This document shows positions 37,375 through 47,304 of a DNA stretch of 51,689 nt, one piece after another (position 1 is the first letter of the stretch; each line of letters opens with the position of its first letter). The position numbers and the translations under genes were made by a program. Below the pieces are notes generated by a model that was not told the origin of the DNA, searched no databases, and saw only the letters and a list, made by a program, of their open reading frames with translations. The stretch is from Clostridiaceae bacterium (GTDB lineage Bacteria > Bacillota > Clostridia > Clostridiales > Clostridiaceae), in NCBI GenBank assembly GCA_041670885.1, contig JBAXYJ010000001.1, positions 1 to 51,689 on the forward strand, read 5' to 3'.

Positions 37375-37398
37375 AAGCCTTAGGATTCCCTAAGGCTT
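37375..37398 (-). terminator. 10-bp hairpin downstream of spoIVA (no U-tract)
   Basis: AAGCCTTAGG-ATTC-CCTAAGGCTT. It lies between element copy C and the tRNA promoter. No T-run follows on either strand, so terminator function is uncertain. Confidence 0.3.
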
Positions 37399-37406
37399 AT
37401 ATTTAA

Positions 37407-37501
37407 GGGAATTGCATAATTACCTTTCGGCTGGTTTTTCCAATTAAAAATGTGGAAAAAATTAATTTTTGAATTTTCCTTCATTTATAGGATTATGCAG
37501 A
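37407..37501 (+). repeat. TGCATAATT-TIR element, copy C (right boundary ambiguous: 37479 or 37501)
   Basis: GGGAATTGCATAATTACCTTTCGGCTGGTTTTTCCA...TGGAAAAA...TTAATTTTTGAATTTTCCTTCATTTATAGGATTATGCAG. The left TIR and the GGCTGG block match copies A, B and D. Internal 8-bp stem at 37435-37442 / 37453-37460. Confidence 0.65.
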
Positions 37502-38963
37502 TTAAGCCGCCATTTCCCTCATTAATTATTTTTTCCAAAGTTTTTTGGATTTTTATTTGAACATCTTCCGGCATTTTATATAATTTATTTTGCATATTTT
37601 CTTTAACTAAGCCCTCCAGGGATTTTCCAAACATATTGCTCTGCCATATTTTCTGAGGATCATTTTGAAACTGCTCTAAAAGTGAACTTACCAGCTCTTC
37701 GCTTTGCTTTTCCGAACCCATTATCGGAGATATTTCAGTTTCTATATCTGCTTTTATAAAGTGAAGAGAAGGAGCTGAGGCCTTTAATTTAACTACATAA
37801 CTATTTCCCTGTTTAACAATTCTAGGCTCTTCTAATTTCATCTCTTTAAGCTCTGGTGCAACTAAGCCGTATCCGGTTTCTCTTACATCTCTTAATGCTT
37901 CTGCAACTTTGTCAAATTCTTTTTTTGCCTGATGCATTACTGACATCATAGTAAGAAGCTGATTTTCATCTTTTATTTCCGATTCGCATACTTCCCCCAG
38001 TATTCTATAAAATAAGTGCTTTTCAGGGACTATATCAATGCTGGTGGTTCCATCTCCCATATTCATTGATGATATTCTTGTATCCATAATATACTCGGTA
38101 TTGCTAAAGATTTCTGTCCATTTCTTTATATCTCTGATTTTATTTACACTGGTACATATACCTTTTATTTCTTTTATTATATTTTCCTTAAGCCAGTGCT
38201 TTTTATTTAATTTTTCAATCCAGGATGGAACATTGAGGCATACCTCGCTTACAGGGAATTCTTTCAATATGCTTTCAAATACCAGATTAATATCTTTCTC
38301 TTTCATATTAAGAACGTCTATAATTTGAACCGGAGTATCATATTTTGCTTCCAGATTTCTCCCCAATTCTATTGTATCCGGTGATTCCGGAATTTTGCTG
38401 TTTAAAAGAATAATAAATGGCTTATTTATATTTTTAAGTTCCTTTACTACTCTCTCTTCTGCATCAATATAATCCTCTCTTTCAATATCTGTTATACTTC
38501 CGTCTGTGGTAACTAAAAGACCTATAGTTGAATGATCATTTATTACCTTTTTAGTTCCCAATTCTGCTGCTTCTTCAAAAGGAATTTCATTTTCATACCA
38601 GGGCGTTGAAACCATTTTAGCCGTTTCCCCTTCTTTGTAGCCCAATGCTCCCTTTACTATATAACCAACACAATCTACCATTCTAACCTTGAATTTCGTA
38701 TTATTCTGAAGGTTTATCTCAACAGCTTCATTAGGGATGAATTTAGGCTCTGTGGTATGAATGCTTTTACCTGAAGCACTTTGAGGAAGTTCGTCTTTTG
38801 CCCTTTCTTTTTTATAATCATTATCAATGTTTGGTATAACCATAAGTTCCATAAATCTCTTAATAAATGTAGATTTACCTGTTCTTACCGGACCTACTAC
38901 ACCAACATATATGTCTCCCTGGGTTCTTTCTGCTATTTCATGATATATATTGTAATCTTCCAC
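37485..38963 (-). CDS. spoIVA: stage IV sporulation protein A (spore coat morphogenetic ATPase)
   Basis: Walker A GPVRTGKST. As I recall the B. subtilis SpoIVA sequence, it is colinear from EIAERTQGDIYVGVVG to the C-terminal INEGNGGLICIIL. Start placed at GTG 38963 (GGAGGA RBS 5 nt upstream); the track starts 4 codons earlier at a TTG. Confidence 0.9.
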   Translation of the reverse strand: MEDYNIYHEIAERTQGDIYVGVVGPVRTGKSTFIKRFMELMVIPNIDNDYKKERAKDELPQSASGKSIHTTEPKFIPNEAVEINLQNNTKFKVRMVDCVGYIVKGALGYKEGETAKMVSTPWYENEIPFEEAAELGTKKVINDHSTIGLLVTTDGSITDIEREDYIDAEERVVKELKNINKPFIILLNSKIPESPDTIELGRNLEAKYDTPVQIIDVLNMKEKDINLVFESILKEFPVSEVCLNVPSWIEKLNKKHWLKENIIKEIKGICTSVNKIRDIKKWTEIFSNTEYIMDTRISSMNMGDGTTSIDIVPEKHLFYRILGEVCESEIKDENQLLTMMSVMHQAKKEFDKVAEALRDVRETGYGLVAPELKEMKLEEPRIVKQGNSYVVKLKASAPSLHFIKADIETEISPIMGSEKQSEELVSSLLEQFQNDPQKIWQSNMFGKSLEGLVKENMQNKLYKMPEDVQIKIQKTLEKIINEGNGGLICIIL

Positions 38964-39033
38964 AATATCCTCCAATATAGAATTCTAACAATATATATAT
39001 ATTAGATTTTTATTAAAATATACTAAGAAGAAA

Positions 39034-40029
39034 TTACATTTCAGATTTTTTTTCTCTTATCATAAGCTGATAAACAGCCTCTTTAGGATCTTTACCATTA
39101 AATAGAACATTATAAAGAGAGTCTGTTATAGGCATATCTACTTTGTATTTTTCTTTTAAATGGTAGAAGGCTTTGCAGGCAGTTATTCCTTCAACTGCCA
39201 TTCCTATTTTATTAACTGCTTCATCCTTTTTGAATCCCTGACCTATTAATATTCCTGCCCTTCTGTTTCTGCTGTTCATACTGGTACAGGTTACAATTAA
39301 ATCTCCAAGACCGGTAAGACCTGAAAATGTTTCTCTTTTTGCTCCTAAAAGCTCACCTATCCTTATTATCTCAGATAAACCTCTTGTCATCAGTGCTGCC
39401 TTTGAATTATCTCCATAGCCGATTCCATCTAATACTCCTGCAGCTAATGCTATAATATTTTTTACTGCACCTCCGATTTCGACTCCAACTAAGTCATCAT
39501 TAGTGTATACCCTGAAATAATCTTCTCCAAATAAATCCTGTACATTAACAGATGCTTCTGCATTAAAAGAGGAGGCTACCACTGCAGTTGGAATTTTTTT
39601 AACTACTTCTTCAGCATGACTTGGGCCGGATAAAACAACTATACTGTTTTCAGGATATACTTCTTTTATAACCTGTGATATTCTTAAAAATGTATTGTCT
39701 TCTATTCCTTTAGAAATGTTTATTATTATCTGATCTTTATTAATATATGCTTTTGCCTTATTTGCTACTTCTCTGATTGCATCAGAAGGTACAGAAAATA
39801 CTATATAATCTGCTCCTGATACTGCATCCTTAATACTTACTGCAGCTGTAATACTGTCTGGCATTATCTGATCTTTTATATATTTAATATTTCTATGAAA
39901 ATTGTTAATCCCATTTACTACATTTTCATTTCTATCCCATATTTTTATACTATTATTTTTATTTGCCAGCAGTATTGAAAGAGATGTACCAAAGCTTCCT
40001 GCACCTAAAAAAGCAATAGTATTACACAT
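39034..40029 (-). CDS. gpsA: NAD(P)H-dependent glycerol-3-phosphate dehydrogenase
   Basis: 331 aa. GAGSFGTSL dinucleotide fold and a [12 protein letters not shown] motif. der-gpsA order. Confidence 0.9.
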   Translation of the reverse strand: MCNTIAFLGAGSFGTSLSILLANKNNSIKIWDRNENVVNGINNFHRNIKYIKDQIMPDSITAAVSIKDAVSGADYIVFSVPSDAIREVANKAKAYINKDQIIINISKGIEDNTFLRISQVIKEVYPENSIVVLSGPSHAEEVVKKIPTAVVASSFNAEASVNVQDLFGEDYFRVYTNDDLVGVEIGGAVKNIIALAAGVLDGIGYGDNSKAALMTRGLSEIIRIGELLGAKRETFSGLTGLGDLIVTCTSMNSRNRRAGILIGQGFKKDEAVNKIGMAVEGITACKAFYHLKEKYKVDMPITDSLYNVLFNGKDPKEAVYQLMIREKKSEM

Positions 40030-41347
40030 CTTTTTTATCCTTCTCTCTGAATATAAGTTTTATTCCTGTTCCTTCAAAATCAAAGCTTCGTCTTAATTGA
40101 TTTTCTAAATATCTTTGATATGAAAAATGAATTGCCTCTCTATCATTTACGAAAAATACAAATGTAGGAGGTTTTATGCTGACCTGAGTTACATATAAAA
40201 TCTTAAGCCTTCTAAGACCAACAAGTGGGGGCTCATTCATAAGTATGGCTTTACTTATAACTTCATTTAATATTCCCGTTGATATTCTCCTTGAATAATT
40301 AGTAAAGCATTTGCCTGCTATGGTCAGAACCTTATTTACACGCTGGCCGGTTTTAGCTGATATAAATAAAAATGGTGCATAGGACATAAAGGAAAGATTT
40401 CCTTGAATTTTTCTGCTAAATTCATTAACTGTGTTTGTATCTTTCTCAATAAGATCCCATTTATTTACTATTACCATAATTGCCTTGCCTAAATCATGGG
40501 CATACCCTATAATTTTTTCATCCTGCTCTGATATATTTTCCTCAGCATCTATCATAAGTATGCACACATCTGCTCTTTCTACTGAAGCTAAAGTCCTGAT
40601 TACGCTGTACCTTTCTATTTCTTCCTTAACCTTGCTTTTTCTCCTAAGTCCTGCGGTGTCTATAAGTGTAAAGCTGCCCTCTTCTGTATCTAAGTAGCTG
40701 TCTATGGAATCTCTGGTTGTACCGGGTATATCGGTTACTATATTTCTTTCCTCTCCTAAAAGTTTATTTATAAGAGATGATTTGCCTACATTAGGCTTTC
40801 CTACAAAAGCAATTTTTATCCTGTCACTATCTTCTTCATATTCTCCGGGGGATTTAAAATTTTTGACTATTTCATCTAACATATCACCAAGCCCTAGAGC
40901 CTGAGAAGAAGATATGCTTATGGGTTCTCCAATTCCTAAATTATAAAATTCATATATATTCATTTCATCTTTTAATTTATCTATCTTGTTAACCACAAGA
41001 ACTATTGGTTTTTTGCTCTTTCTAAGCATTTCGGCAACTTCTTTGTCTGCTGGTGTAAGTCCTTCTTTGCCATCAACTAAAAACATTATAACATCGGCTG
41101 TATCTATTGCAATTTCTGCCTGCAGCCTCATTTGCTTTAATATTACATCCTCGGTATTCAGCTCTATTCCGCCGGTATCTATTATTGTAAATTTATTGTT
41201 AAGCCATTCCGCCTCTGCATAAATTCTGTCTCTGGTAACACCTGGTGTATCCTGAACTATTGAAATTCTGGATCCTGCTAATTTATTAAATAATGTAGAT
41301 TTCCCAACATTTGGTCTTCCTACTATTGCTACTATTGGTTTACTCAT
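40022..41347 (-). CDS. der: ribosome biogenesis GTPase Der (EngA)
   Basis: 441 aa with tandem GTPase domains ([24 protein letters not shown]) and a KH-like C-terminus. Confidence 0.95.
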   Translation of the reverse strand: MSKPIVAIVGRPNVGKSTLFNKLAGSRISIVQDTPGVTRDRIYAEAEWLNNKFTIIDTGGIELNTEDVILKQMRLQAEIAIDTADVIMFLVDGKEGLTPADKEVAEMLRKSKKPIVLVVNKIDKLKDEMNIYEFYNLGIGEPISISSSQALGLGDMLDEIVKNFKSPGEYEEDSDRIKIAFVGKPNVGKSSLINKLLGEERNIVTDIPGTTRDSIDSYLDTEEGSFTLIDTAGLRRKSKVKEEIERYSVIRTLASVERADVCILMIDAEENISEQDEKIIGYAHDLGKAIMVIVNKWDLIEKDTNTVNEFSRKIQGNLSFMSYAPFLFISAKTGQRVNKVLTIAGKCFTNYSRRISTGILNEVISKAILMNEPPLVGLRRLKILYVTQVSIKPPTFVFFVNDREAIHFSYQRYLENQLRRSFDFEGTGIKLIFREKDKKDV

Positions 41348-41349
41348 TT

Positions 41350-42681
41350 TTATTCCTCCTTAAGCCTTTCGTTTATTAATTCAATAAAGTCTTCTCCATT
41401 GTAATTTGTAAGTATTACTTGCCTTTCTAATTTATTTTCTATGTCAATTATTTTGCAGTCATCTAATAAAACCAGTTCTTTATAGTCTTTTACTTCATAG
41501 TCTCTTCTTACCAAATTACTGGGCAGTATAATATATTCATTAATTTCAGTATCCTTCAGCTGCTTAATAATATCAGTCCCTGTAAGAAGTCCGGAAACTG
41601 TAATATTTTCTCCGAATATATTATTAGTAATTTTAGCTACATTTATTAAAATTTCCGGGTTTTTATTTTGAATTTTAAGTTTTAAATCCACCATCTCATT
41701 ATAAGAGAGCAGTCCAGTCACTATTGTGAAACTTCCCCTTCCTTTTTTTAAATTTTCTATATTACTTTCTATATTTTCTCTAAAGAAAGAAATCATGCCT
41801 ATTCCGTCTTCAATCTGCTCATATTCTCCATAGAAATCTTTATCCGGGAATTTTACCTCAGCTTTTATATAAAATTCATCTGAAAGCCTTACAAATGGAG
41901 TCCCTATTTCTCTTAAATATTTTCCCTGAAGAATCTTTACATTTTCTATTTCAGCTTGGCTGCTTCTCTTATCATAGAGTGGAATTTTGGTAAGATTTTC
42001 CCTGTGTTTTGAAGCTCCAAAGGGAACTACTGCCAGATTCATTACCCCGGGATATAGTGGATATAAATCCTCAATTGTTTTTATCAGATCTTTTCCATTA
42101 TTATACCCTATGCAGCATACTATCTGGCAGTTTACTTTAATGCCTCCCTGAACTAATTTTTTAATTTTTTCTAATATATTACCTGCAAATCTGTTATTAA
42201 GCATTTTTATTCTAAGCTGACTGTTTGTAGTATGCACTGATACATTAATAGGGCTTATCTTATATTCTATTATTCTGTCTAAATCATAATCTGAAAGATT
42301 AGTCAGTGTTATGAAATTTCCCTGAAGAAATGAAAGCCTGGAATCATCATCTTTAAAATATAAGCTCTTTCTCATTCCCTTTGGCAGCTGATCTATAAAA
42401 CAAAATATACATTTGTTGCTGCAGGATTTAGCTTTATCTAATAGGAATTCATCAAACTCCATACCAAGATCTTCTCCAAATTCCTTCTCAACAGGTATCT
42501 CCCATGTCTCACCATTTTCTTTTTCTATCTCTAATAAAATATTTTCATCTGAAGATAAGAATTTGTAATCTAAAATATCATTTATATCTTTATCGTTTAT
42601 TTTTATCAGGTAATCACCTGGTTTTATGTCAACTTCCTCTGCTATGCTTCCATTATAAACTCTGGATATTCTATTTTTCAT
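41350..42681 (-). CDS. PDZ + radical-SAM-like DUF512 protein
   Basis: 443 aa. N-terminal PDZ-like [20 protein letters not shown], Cys triad CSNKCIFC and a long DUF512-type C-terminus. Conserved position upstream of der. Confidence 0.7.
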   Translation of the reverse strand: MKNRISRVYNGSIAEEVDIKPGDYLIKINDKDINDILDYKFLSSDENILLEIEKENGETWEIPVEKEFGEDLGMEFDEFLLDKAKSCSNKCIFCFIDQLPKGMRKSLYFKDDDSRLSFLQGNFITLTNLSDYDLDRIIEYKISPINVSVHTTNSQLRIKMLNNRFAGNILEKIKKLVQGGIKVNCQIVCCIGYNNGKDLIKTIEDLYPLYPGVMNLAVVPFGASKHRENLTKIPLYDKRSSQAEIENVKILQGKYLREIGTPFVRLSDEFYIKAEVKFPDKDFYGEYEQIEDGIGMISFFRENIESNIENLKKGRGSFTIVTGLLSYNEMVDLKLKIQNKNPEILINVAKITNNIFGENITVSGLLTGTDIIKQLKDTEINEYIILPSNLVRRDYEVKDYKELVLLDDCKIIDIENKLERQVILTNYNGEDFIELINERLKEE

Positions 42682-42760
42682 AATTAGCCTCCTTTACAGG
42701 AAATTTTGGCATTATTATTCTATTGTACCTATGTATATTAACATTATTTAATTATTTTCG

Positions 42761-42788
42761 TCAATAAAATAAACCTCCGAAGAGGTTT
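42761..42788 (-). terminator. intrinsic terminator of the pst-phoU operon
   Basis: Minus strand AAACCTC-TTCG-GAGGTTT followed by ATTTTATT. It overlaps the phoU stop codon. Confidence 0.7.
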
Positions 42789-43443
42789 AATCATTTAAAG
42801 CTTCATATTCACCTGTTACCAGGTATATGGTTCCTTCACAAATATTTGTAGCATGATCTGCTACCCTTTCTAAATATTTTATTACAAACAGCAGCTGAGT
42901 TGCTCTATTTTGAATCGTTATATCCTTTGACATCATAATTAACAGCTCTGAGAAAACTTTTCTATATAACTCATCTACTTCATCATCCATTTTGCATATC
43001 CTATAGGATTTTATAACATCTTTTTTAGTAAAGGCATCAACTGATTCTATTATCATCTCTGCTACTATCTTTGACATTTTAGGAATATCAATAAGTGGTT
43101 TTATATAATCCTCATCTTTAAGCCTTAGTGTTATTTTTGCAATATCAACAGCGTAATCTGCCATCCTCTCTAAGTCTGCTGTGACTTTAGATATGGTAAA
43201 TACTGTTCTAAGGTCAATGGCCATAGGCTGCTCAGTTGCTATAAGTCTTATACATTTATCCTCTATTTCTCTTTGACTTTTATCTAATATATCATCTTTT
43301 AATATAACCTGCTCAGCTAGTTCTCCGTCCTTATTAACTAAAGCATCTATGCTGTTTTTAATTTGCAGTTTAGTCTTATCTGCCATTTGAGCTAAATCAT
43401 TTCTTAATTTTTCAATGCTTGTATCTATTGAGCTTCTTGTCAT
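42787..43443 (-). CDS. phoU: phosphate signalling complex protein PhoU
   Basis: Two PhoU repeats (LERMADYAVDIA, LERVADHATNICE). Start placed at ATG 43443, which has a GGAGGG RBS; the track start at 43461 overlaps pstB. Confidence 0.9.
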   Translation of the reverse strand: MTRSSIDTSIEKLRNDLAQMADKTKLQIKNSIDALVNKDGELAEQVILKDDILDKSQREIEDKCIRLIATEQPMAIDLRTVFTISKVTADLERMADYAVDIAKITLRLKDEDYIKPLIDIPKMSKIVAEMIIESVDAFTKKDVIKSYRICKMDDEVDELYRKVFSELLIMMSKDITIQNRATQLLFVIKYLERVADHATNICEGTIYLVTGEYEALND

Positions 43444-43453
43444 AATATCCCTC

Positions 43454-44206
43454 CTAACCAAATCTTCCTGTTATATAATCCTCTGTTCTCTTATCCCTGG
43501 GTTTATAAAAAATATCTTCAGTTTTCCCTTTTTCAACTATTTCTCCATTTAGAAAAAATGTAGTATAGTCCGATATTCTTCCTGCCTGCTGCATATTATG
43601 AGTTACAATTACTACTGTATAATTTTTCTTAAGCTGATCCATCAGCTCTTCAATTTTTAAAGTTGATACCGGGTCCAGCGCAGATGTAGGCTCATCCATC
43701 AAAAGAACTTCCGGTTCAACAGATAGAGTTCTTGCTATGCAAAGTCTTTGCTGCTGACCTCCGGACAATCCTAATGCGCTTTTTTTGAGTCTATCCTTTA
43801 CCTCATCCCATACAGCAGCACCTTTTAAGCTTTTTTCAACAATTTCATCCAGTACCTTTTTATTTTTTATTCCATGAATTCTTGGTCCATATGCTGTGTT
43901 ATCATATATAGACATAGGAAATGGGTTTGGTTTTTGAAATACCATTCCAGCTTTCTTTCTTAATTCTATAATATCATAATTTTGATCATATATGTTTTCT
44001 CCATCATAGAAAATTCTGCCTGTTATTTTGACACTTGAAATTAAATCATTCATCCTGTTTATTGTTCTTAAAAATGTAGACTTACCACAGCCAGAGGGTC
44101 CTATCAGCGCTGTAACGGTATTTTTATCAATTTCTATATTAATATTTTTAAGTGCCTGAACTTCACCATAATACAAATTTAAATTTTTTACCTCTATTAT
44201 GCTCAT
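43454..44206 (-). CDS. pstB: phosphate ABC transporter ATP-binding protein
   Basis: [22 protein letters not shown] and [11 protein letters not shown] motifs. Confidence 0.95.
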   Translation of the reverse strand: MSIIEVKNLNLYYGEVQALKNINIEIDKNTVTALIGPSGCGKSTFLRTINRMNDLISSVKITGRIFYDGENIYDQNYDIIELRKKAGMVFQKPNPFPMSIYDNTAYGPRIHGIKNKKVLDEIVEKSLKGAAVWDEVKDRLKKSALGLSGGQQQRLCIARTLSVEPEVLLMDEPTSALDPVSTLKIEELMDQLKKNYTVVIVTHNMQQAGRISDYTTFFLNGEIVEKGKTEDIFYKPRDKRTEDYITGRFG

Positions 44207-44248
44207 TTTACCTCCATTTAAGAAAATGCATAATTTTCTTTTTCAATT

Positions 44249-45133
44249 TTACTTTCCACTGTATGATTTATAAATTTTATTACCAATTAATCTGGCAGAT
44301 AAATTAAATAATAATACCATAATTACAAGAACTGCCGATGCTCCATTTGCTATTTTTGTGGCATCTACTACCATTCCTTCAGAGTTAAGTTTCCATATAT
44401 ATACTGCCAGTGTTTCCGCAGGCCTTAAAAGACTGAACGGACTGTTTACAGTAAATAAATTACTTAAGCTAAAGTCCAGGGGAGGGGCACTCATTCCTGA
44501 CGTATATAAAAGAGCAGCAGCCTCTCCGAATATTCTTCCGGCAGCTAATATTACACCTGTTAATATCTGAGGCATAGCTGCAGGCAGTATTACTTTCCAG
44601 ATTGTTTGGAATCTGGTGGCACCAATACCAAGACTAGCTTCTTTTACATGTCTTCCGGCATCCCTTATGGCATTTTCAGAAACCCTTGTCAGTGATGGAA
44701 GATTAATAATTGTTATTGCTAAAGCTCCGGAAAGAAGTGTGAAGCCCAAACCTGTAAGATTAACAAATATTAAAAGTCCAAACAAACCTACTACGATGGA
44801 CGGAAGTGATGCCATGGTTTCAATACAAAGCCTGACAATATTTATAAATACGCCATCTTTAGCATATTCAGCTAAATATATTCCCGCACCAACACCAAGC
44901 GGAATTGAAATTATAAGAGCTATAAACAGCATATAAAAAGAATTAAAAAGCTGAGGTGCTATTCCTCCGCCTGCTTCTCCAAACTTTGCTCCAGTAGTTA
45001 AAAATGTTAAATTTAAAGAAGATAAGCCTCTGTATAGTATAATTGATAATAACGAAAAAAGAAGTAAAACTACTAATCCGGAAATAATATAAAATACTAT
45101 AGTCCAAATTTTATCTGCTAATTTATTATTCAT
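44249..45133 (-). CDS. pstA: phosphate ABC transporter permease PstA
   Basis: 294 aa, polytopic. EASLGIGATRFQTIWKVILPAA permease loop. Confidence 0.9.
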   Translation of the reverse strand: MNNKLADKIWTIVFYIISGLVVLLLFSLLSIILYRGLSSLNLTFLTTGAKFGEAGGGIAPQLFNSFYMLFIALIISIPLGVGAGIYLAEYAKDGVFINIVRLCIETMASLPSIVVGLFGLLIFVNLTGLGFTLLSGALAITIINLPSLTRVSENAIRDAGRHVKEASLGIGATRFQTIWKVILPAAMPQILTGVILAAGRIFGEAAALLYTSGMSAPPLDFSLSNLFTVNSPFSLLRPAETLAVYIWKLNSEGMVVDATKIANGASAVLVIMVLLFNLSARLIGNKIYKSYSGK

Positions 45134-46020
45134 TTTATTTCACCTCTTTTTCCTATAATTCTAACTATTAAAATAAAAATAAATGATATTATCAGTAGCA
45201 GTAAAGCAAGAGACCAAAGTGAATCATTATACGGAGTTCCATCTATTGTATTAGCCATATCCATTGTAATTGCAGATGTTAAAGTAACAGTAGGCTTAAA
45301 TAAATTAAATGGCATCTTTAAAGTATTTCCTATAACCATTTGAACAGCTAAAGCCTCACCAAAAGCTCTGGCTAAGCCTAAAACTATGCCTGTTAATATT
45401 CCTGTCTTGCTTGCCGGGACAATAACTTTTTTTATTGTCTGCCATCTGGTAGCTCCAAGTCCATAGGAAGCCTCCAGATAATCCCTTGGAATGGTCTTTA
45501 ATGCATCTGAGGAAATAGAAGCTACTGTTGGCATTATCATAATACTTAGTACAATAATTCCTGCCAGCAGACTAAAACCAATCCCGCCAGATAAATTTTT
45601 AAGAATTGGAACTAAAACTGAAATGCCTATCCACCCGTATACAACAGAAGGTATGCCAACAAAGAGTTCCATAGAGGGTAAAATAACCTTTTTCCCTAGT
45701 TTTGGTGATATAAAATTAATAAAAATAGCTAAGGCGATACTTACTGGTGCTGCAATCATTATTGCACCAATGGATACAAATATGGAACCTAAAATAAATA
45801 TAAGGGATCCGAACTCCGGAATCTCTGCATCTGGTTTCCAGTTTGAGCTTAATAAAAATTTAATAATTGAATATTTTTCCTTTGTAAATGTATTAATACC
45901 TTTATATCCTAAAAAAATTATTATAGCTAAAGTTAAGCAAACTATAAGTATACCGCAGAACATTGCATAACTTCTGCCAACATATTCATTTTTTATATTC
46001 TTATATGTATTACCTTTCAT
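45130..46020 (-). CDS. pstC: phosphate ABC transporter permease PstC
   Basis: 296 aa. EASYGLGATRWQTIKKVIVPAS loop. 4-nt overlap with pstA. Confidence 0.9.
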   Translation of the reverse strand: MKGNTYKNIKNEYVGRSYAMFCGILIVCLTLAIIIFLGYKGINTFTKEKYSIIKFLLSSNWKPDAEIPEFGSLIFILGSIFVSIGAIMIAAPVSIALAIFINFISPKLGKKVILPSMELFVGIPSVVYGWIGISVLVPILKNLSGGIGFSLLAGIIVLSIMIMPTVASISSDALKTIPRDYLEASYGLGATRWQTIKKVIVPASKTGILTGIVLGLARAFGEALAVQMVIGNTLKMPFNLFKPTVTLTSAITMDMANTIDGTPYNDSLWSLALLLLIISFIFILIVRIIGKRGEIK

Positions 46021-46096
46021 ATTATCATTCCTTTAATATTAATTAAAATTTCAGTTTTTATGAAATTTAGGCCAAACTTAGCTTTGCCTGCTTATT

Positions 46097-46969
46097 CTAT
46101 TTCACATCTGATATAGGAATATATCCAAGCTTTTCTACTGCAGATTTATTTTTATCACTTACCATATAATCTATAAATGCTTTAGTAAGACCACTGGCTT
46201 CTCCTTTTGTGTACATATGTTCAAAAGACCAGAAGGGATATTTCTTTGTTACTATGTTATCCTTTGACGCTTCGATTTCATCTATTTTAATAATATTTAA
46301 CTCGCTTTTTACATCTCCGGTCAAGTAAGACAATGCTAAGTAACTTATAGATCCTTTATTAGCTTTAACAGCAGTTCTGACTGCACCTGATGAATCCTGT
46401 ACAGTTCCAAGATTTTCATTTTCTTCGATTTTATCCATAACAGTATTTAAAAATGCAGCTCTGGTTCCTGAAGATTTTGTTCTGTTTATAACATTAATCT
46501 GCTGGTCATCCCCACCTAAGTCCTTCCAATTTGTTATTTTTCCTGTAAATATATCCTGAATTTGAACTTTTGTTAATGTGTTTATTTTGATATCTTTACT
46601 GGTCACTACGGCAAAACCAATTATACAAACCTTATGATCAACTAATACTTTTGCTGTAGCTTCATCTTTTAATTTTTCTATTGCTGTTACATCAGACATT
46701 CCTATTTGAGCAGATCCGGAATATACCTGATTAATACCAGCACCGCTTCCTCCACCCTGAACATTTATAGAAGCTTTAGGATTATTAGCAATATAATCCT
46801 TAGCTGTCTGTTCTGCTAACGGCTGAAGTGCAGTTGAGCCTAAAATTATAATGCTTCCTGATGTTCCAGAAGCATTTCCAGCTGAATTTTTTCCGCAGCC
46901 GGCAAATATAGCTGTTGCTGATATTAATAACATAGCTGCTGCAAAAGCCCAAACTTTTTTTAGATTCAT
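46097..46969 (-). CDS. pstS: phosphate-binding lipoprotein PstS
   Basis: Signal peptide with lipobox IFAGC. GSTALQPL, GGGSGAG and SGTR phosphate-binding-protein motifs. Confidence 0.9.
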   Translation of the reverse strand: MNLKKVWAFAAAMLLISATAIFAGCGKNSAGNASGTSGSIIILGSTALQPLAEQTAKDYIANNPKASINVQGGGSGAGINQVYSGSAQIGMSDVTAIEKLKDEATAKVLVDHKVCIIGFAVVTSKDIKINTLTKVQIQDIFTGKITNWKDLGGDDQQINVINRTKSSGTRAAFLNTVMDKIEENENLGTVQDSSGAVRTAVKANKGSISYLALSYLTGDVKSELNIIKIDEIEASKDNIVTKKYPFWSFEHMYTKGEASGLTKAFIDYMVSDKNKSAVEKLGYIPISDVK

Positions 46970-47045
46970 CCTTTACCTCCAAAAATCTAATTTTGTCTTA
47001 CTTATAATATTAAGATTCTTTTATTATCTTATTATTTCCTGAAGG

Positions 47046-47083
47046 TTAAATTTTATTAACAGAAGGTAATTTAATAGTTAACA
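47046..47083. promoter_or_regulatory. candidate PhoP-type Pho box (phased TTAACA-like hexamers)
   Basis: TTAAAT (47046), TTAACA (47056), TAATTT (47067) and TTAACA (47078), spaced 10-11 bp apart, 77-114 bp upstream of the pstS start in the divergent intergenic region. Confidence 0.35.
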
Positions 47084-47304
47084 ATGATAAAATTTGCTTC
47101 TTTGCTGTATTTCTTTTTAATTATTTCATTGTCTGCCATATAAATACTAATAAACGCATCCTTAAAAAATAATAAATACATTTATTAAGAATCATTCTAT
47201 AATTCTTAACTCATATTTAACATCTTCTTGCATTAATTATAATAATAAGATGTTATATTTCTATTATAAACAAAATTTAATTGTACAATTGAGGAGTATA
47301 TTAT

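Noticed and set aside
44222-44238. GAAAATGCATAATTTTC in the pstA-pstB spacer resembles a solo TIR of the element family (about 13 of 15 nt)
   Set aside because: It is a single short match in AT-rich DNA with no adjacent GGCTGG block or element body. I cannot distinguish it from chance, and it is more simply a small 6-bp hairpin in an operon spacer.
45491-45970. 159-aa plus-strand ORF antisense to pstC. Similar antisense ORFs occur at 6528-6716, 7021-7230, 7442-7672, 9067-9285, 9703-10095, 10283-10540, 10708-10911, 13257-13532, 14259-14453, 15515-15712, 18717-19064, 20021-20458, 20707-20934, 22750-22962, 25956-28041 (several), 29034-29300, 31126-31380, 33133-34084, 35811-36309, 38038-38328, 38781-39005, 39902-40096, 40431-41222, 44358-44936, 46851-47042, 47364-47555, 50072-50320 and 51041-51277.
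   Set aside because: All are nested in, or antisense to, confidently assigned genes. They lack RBS and promoter signals and have the skewed composition of non-coding frames in AT-rich DNA.
46060-46090. Weak bulged hairpin (AGGCCAAA..TTTGCCT) between pstS and pstC, considered as an intra-operon attenuator
   Set aside because: It has only ~7 bp with a bulge and no U-tract. This is too weak to annotate, although such stem-loops after pstS are known in other pst operons.
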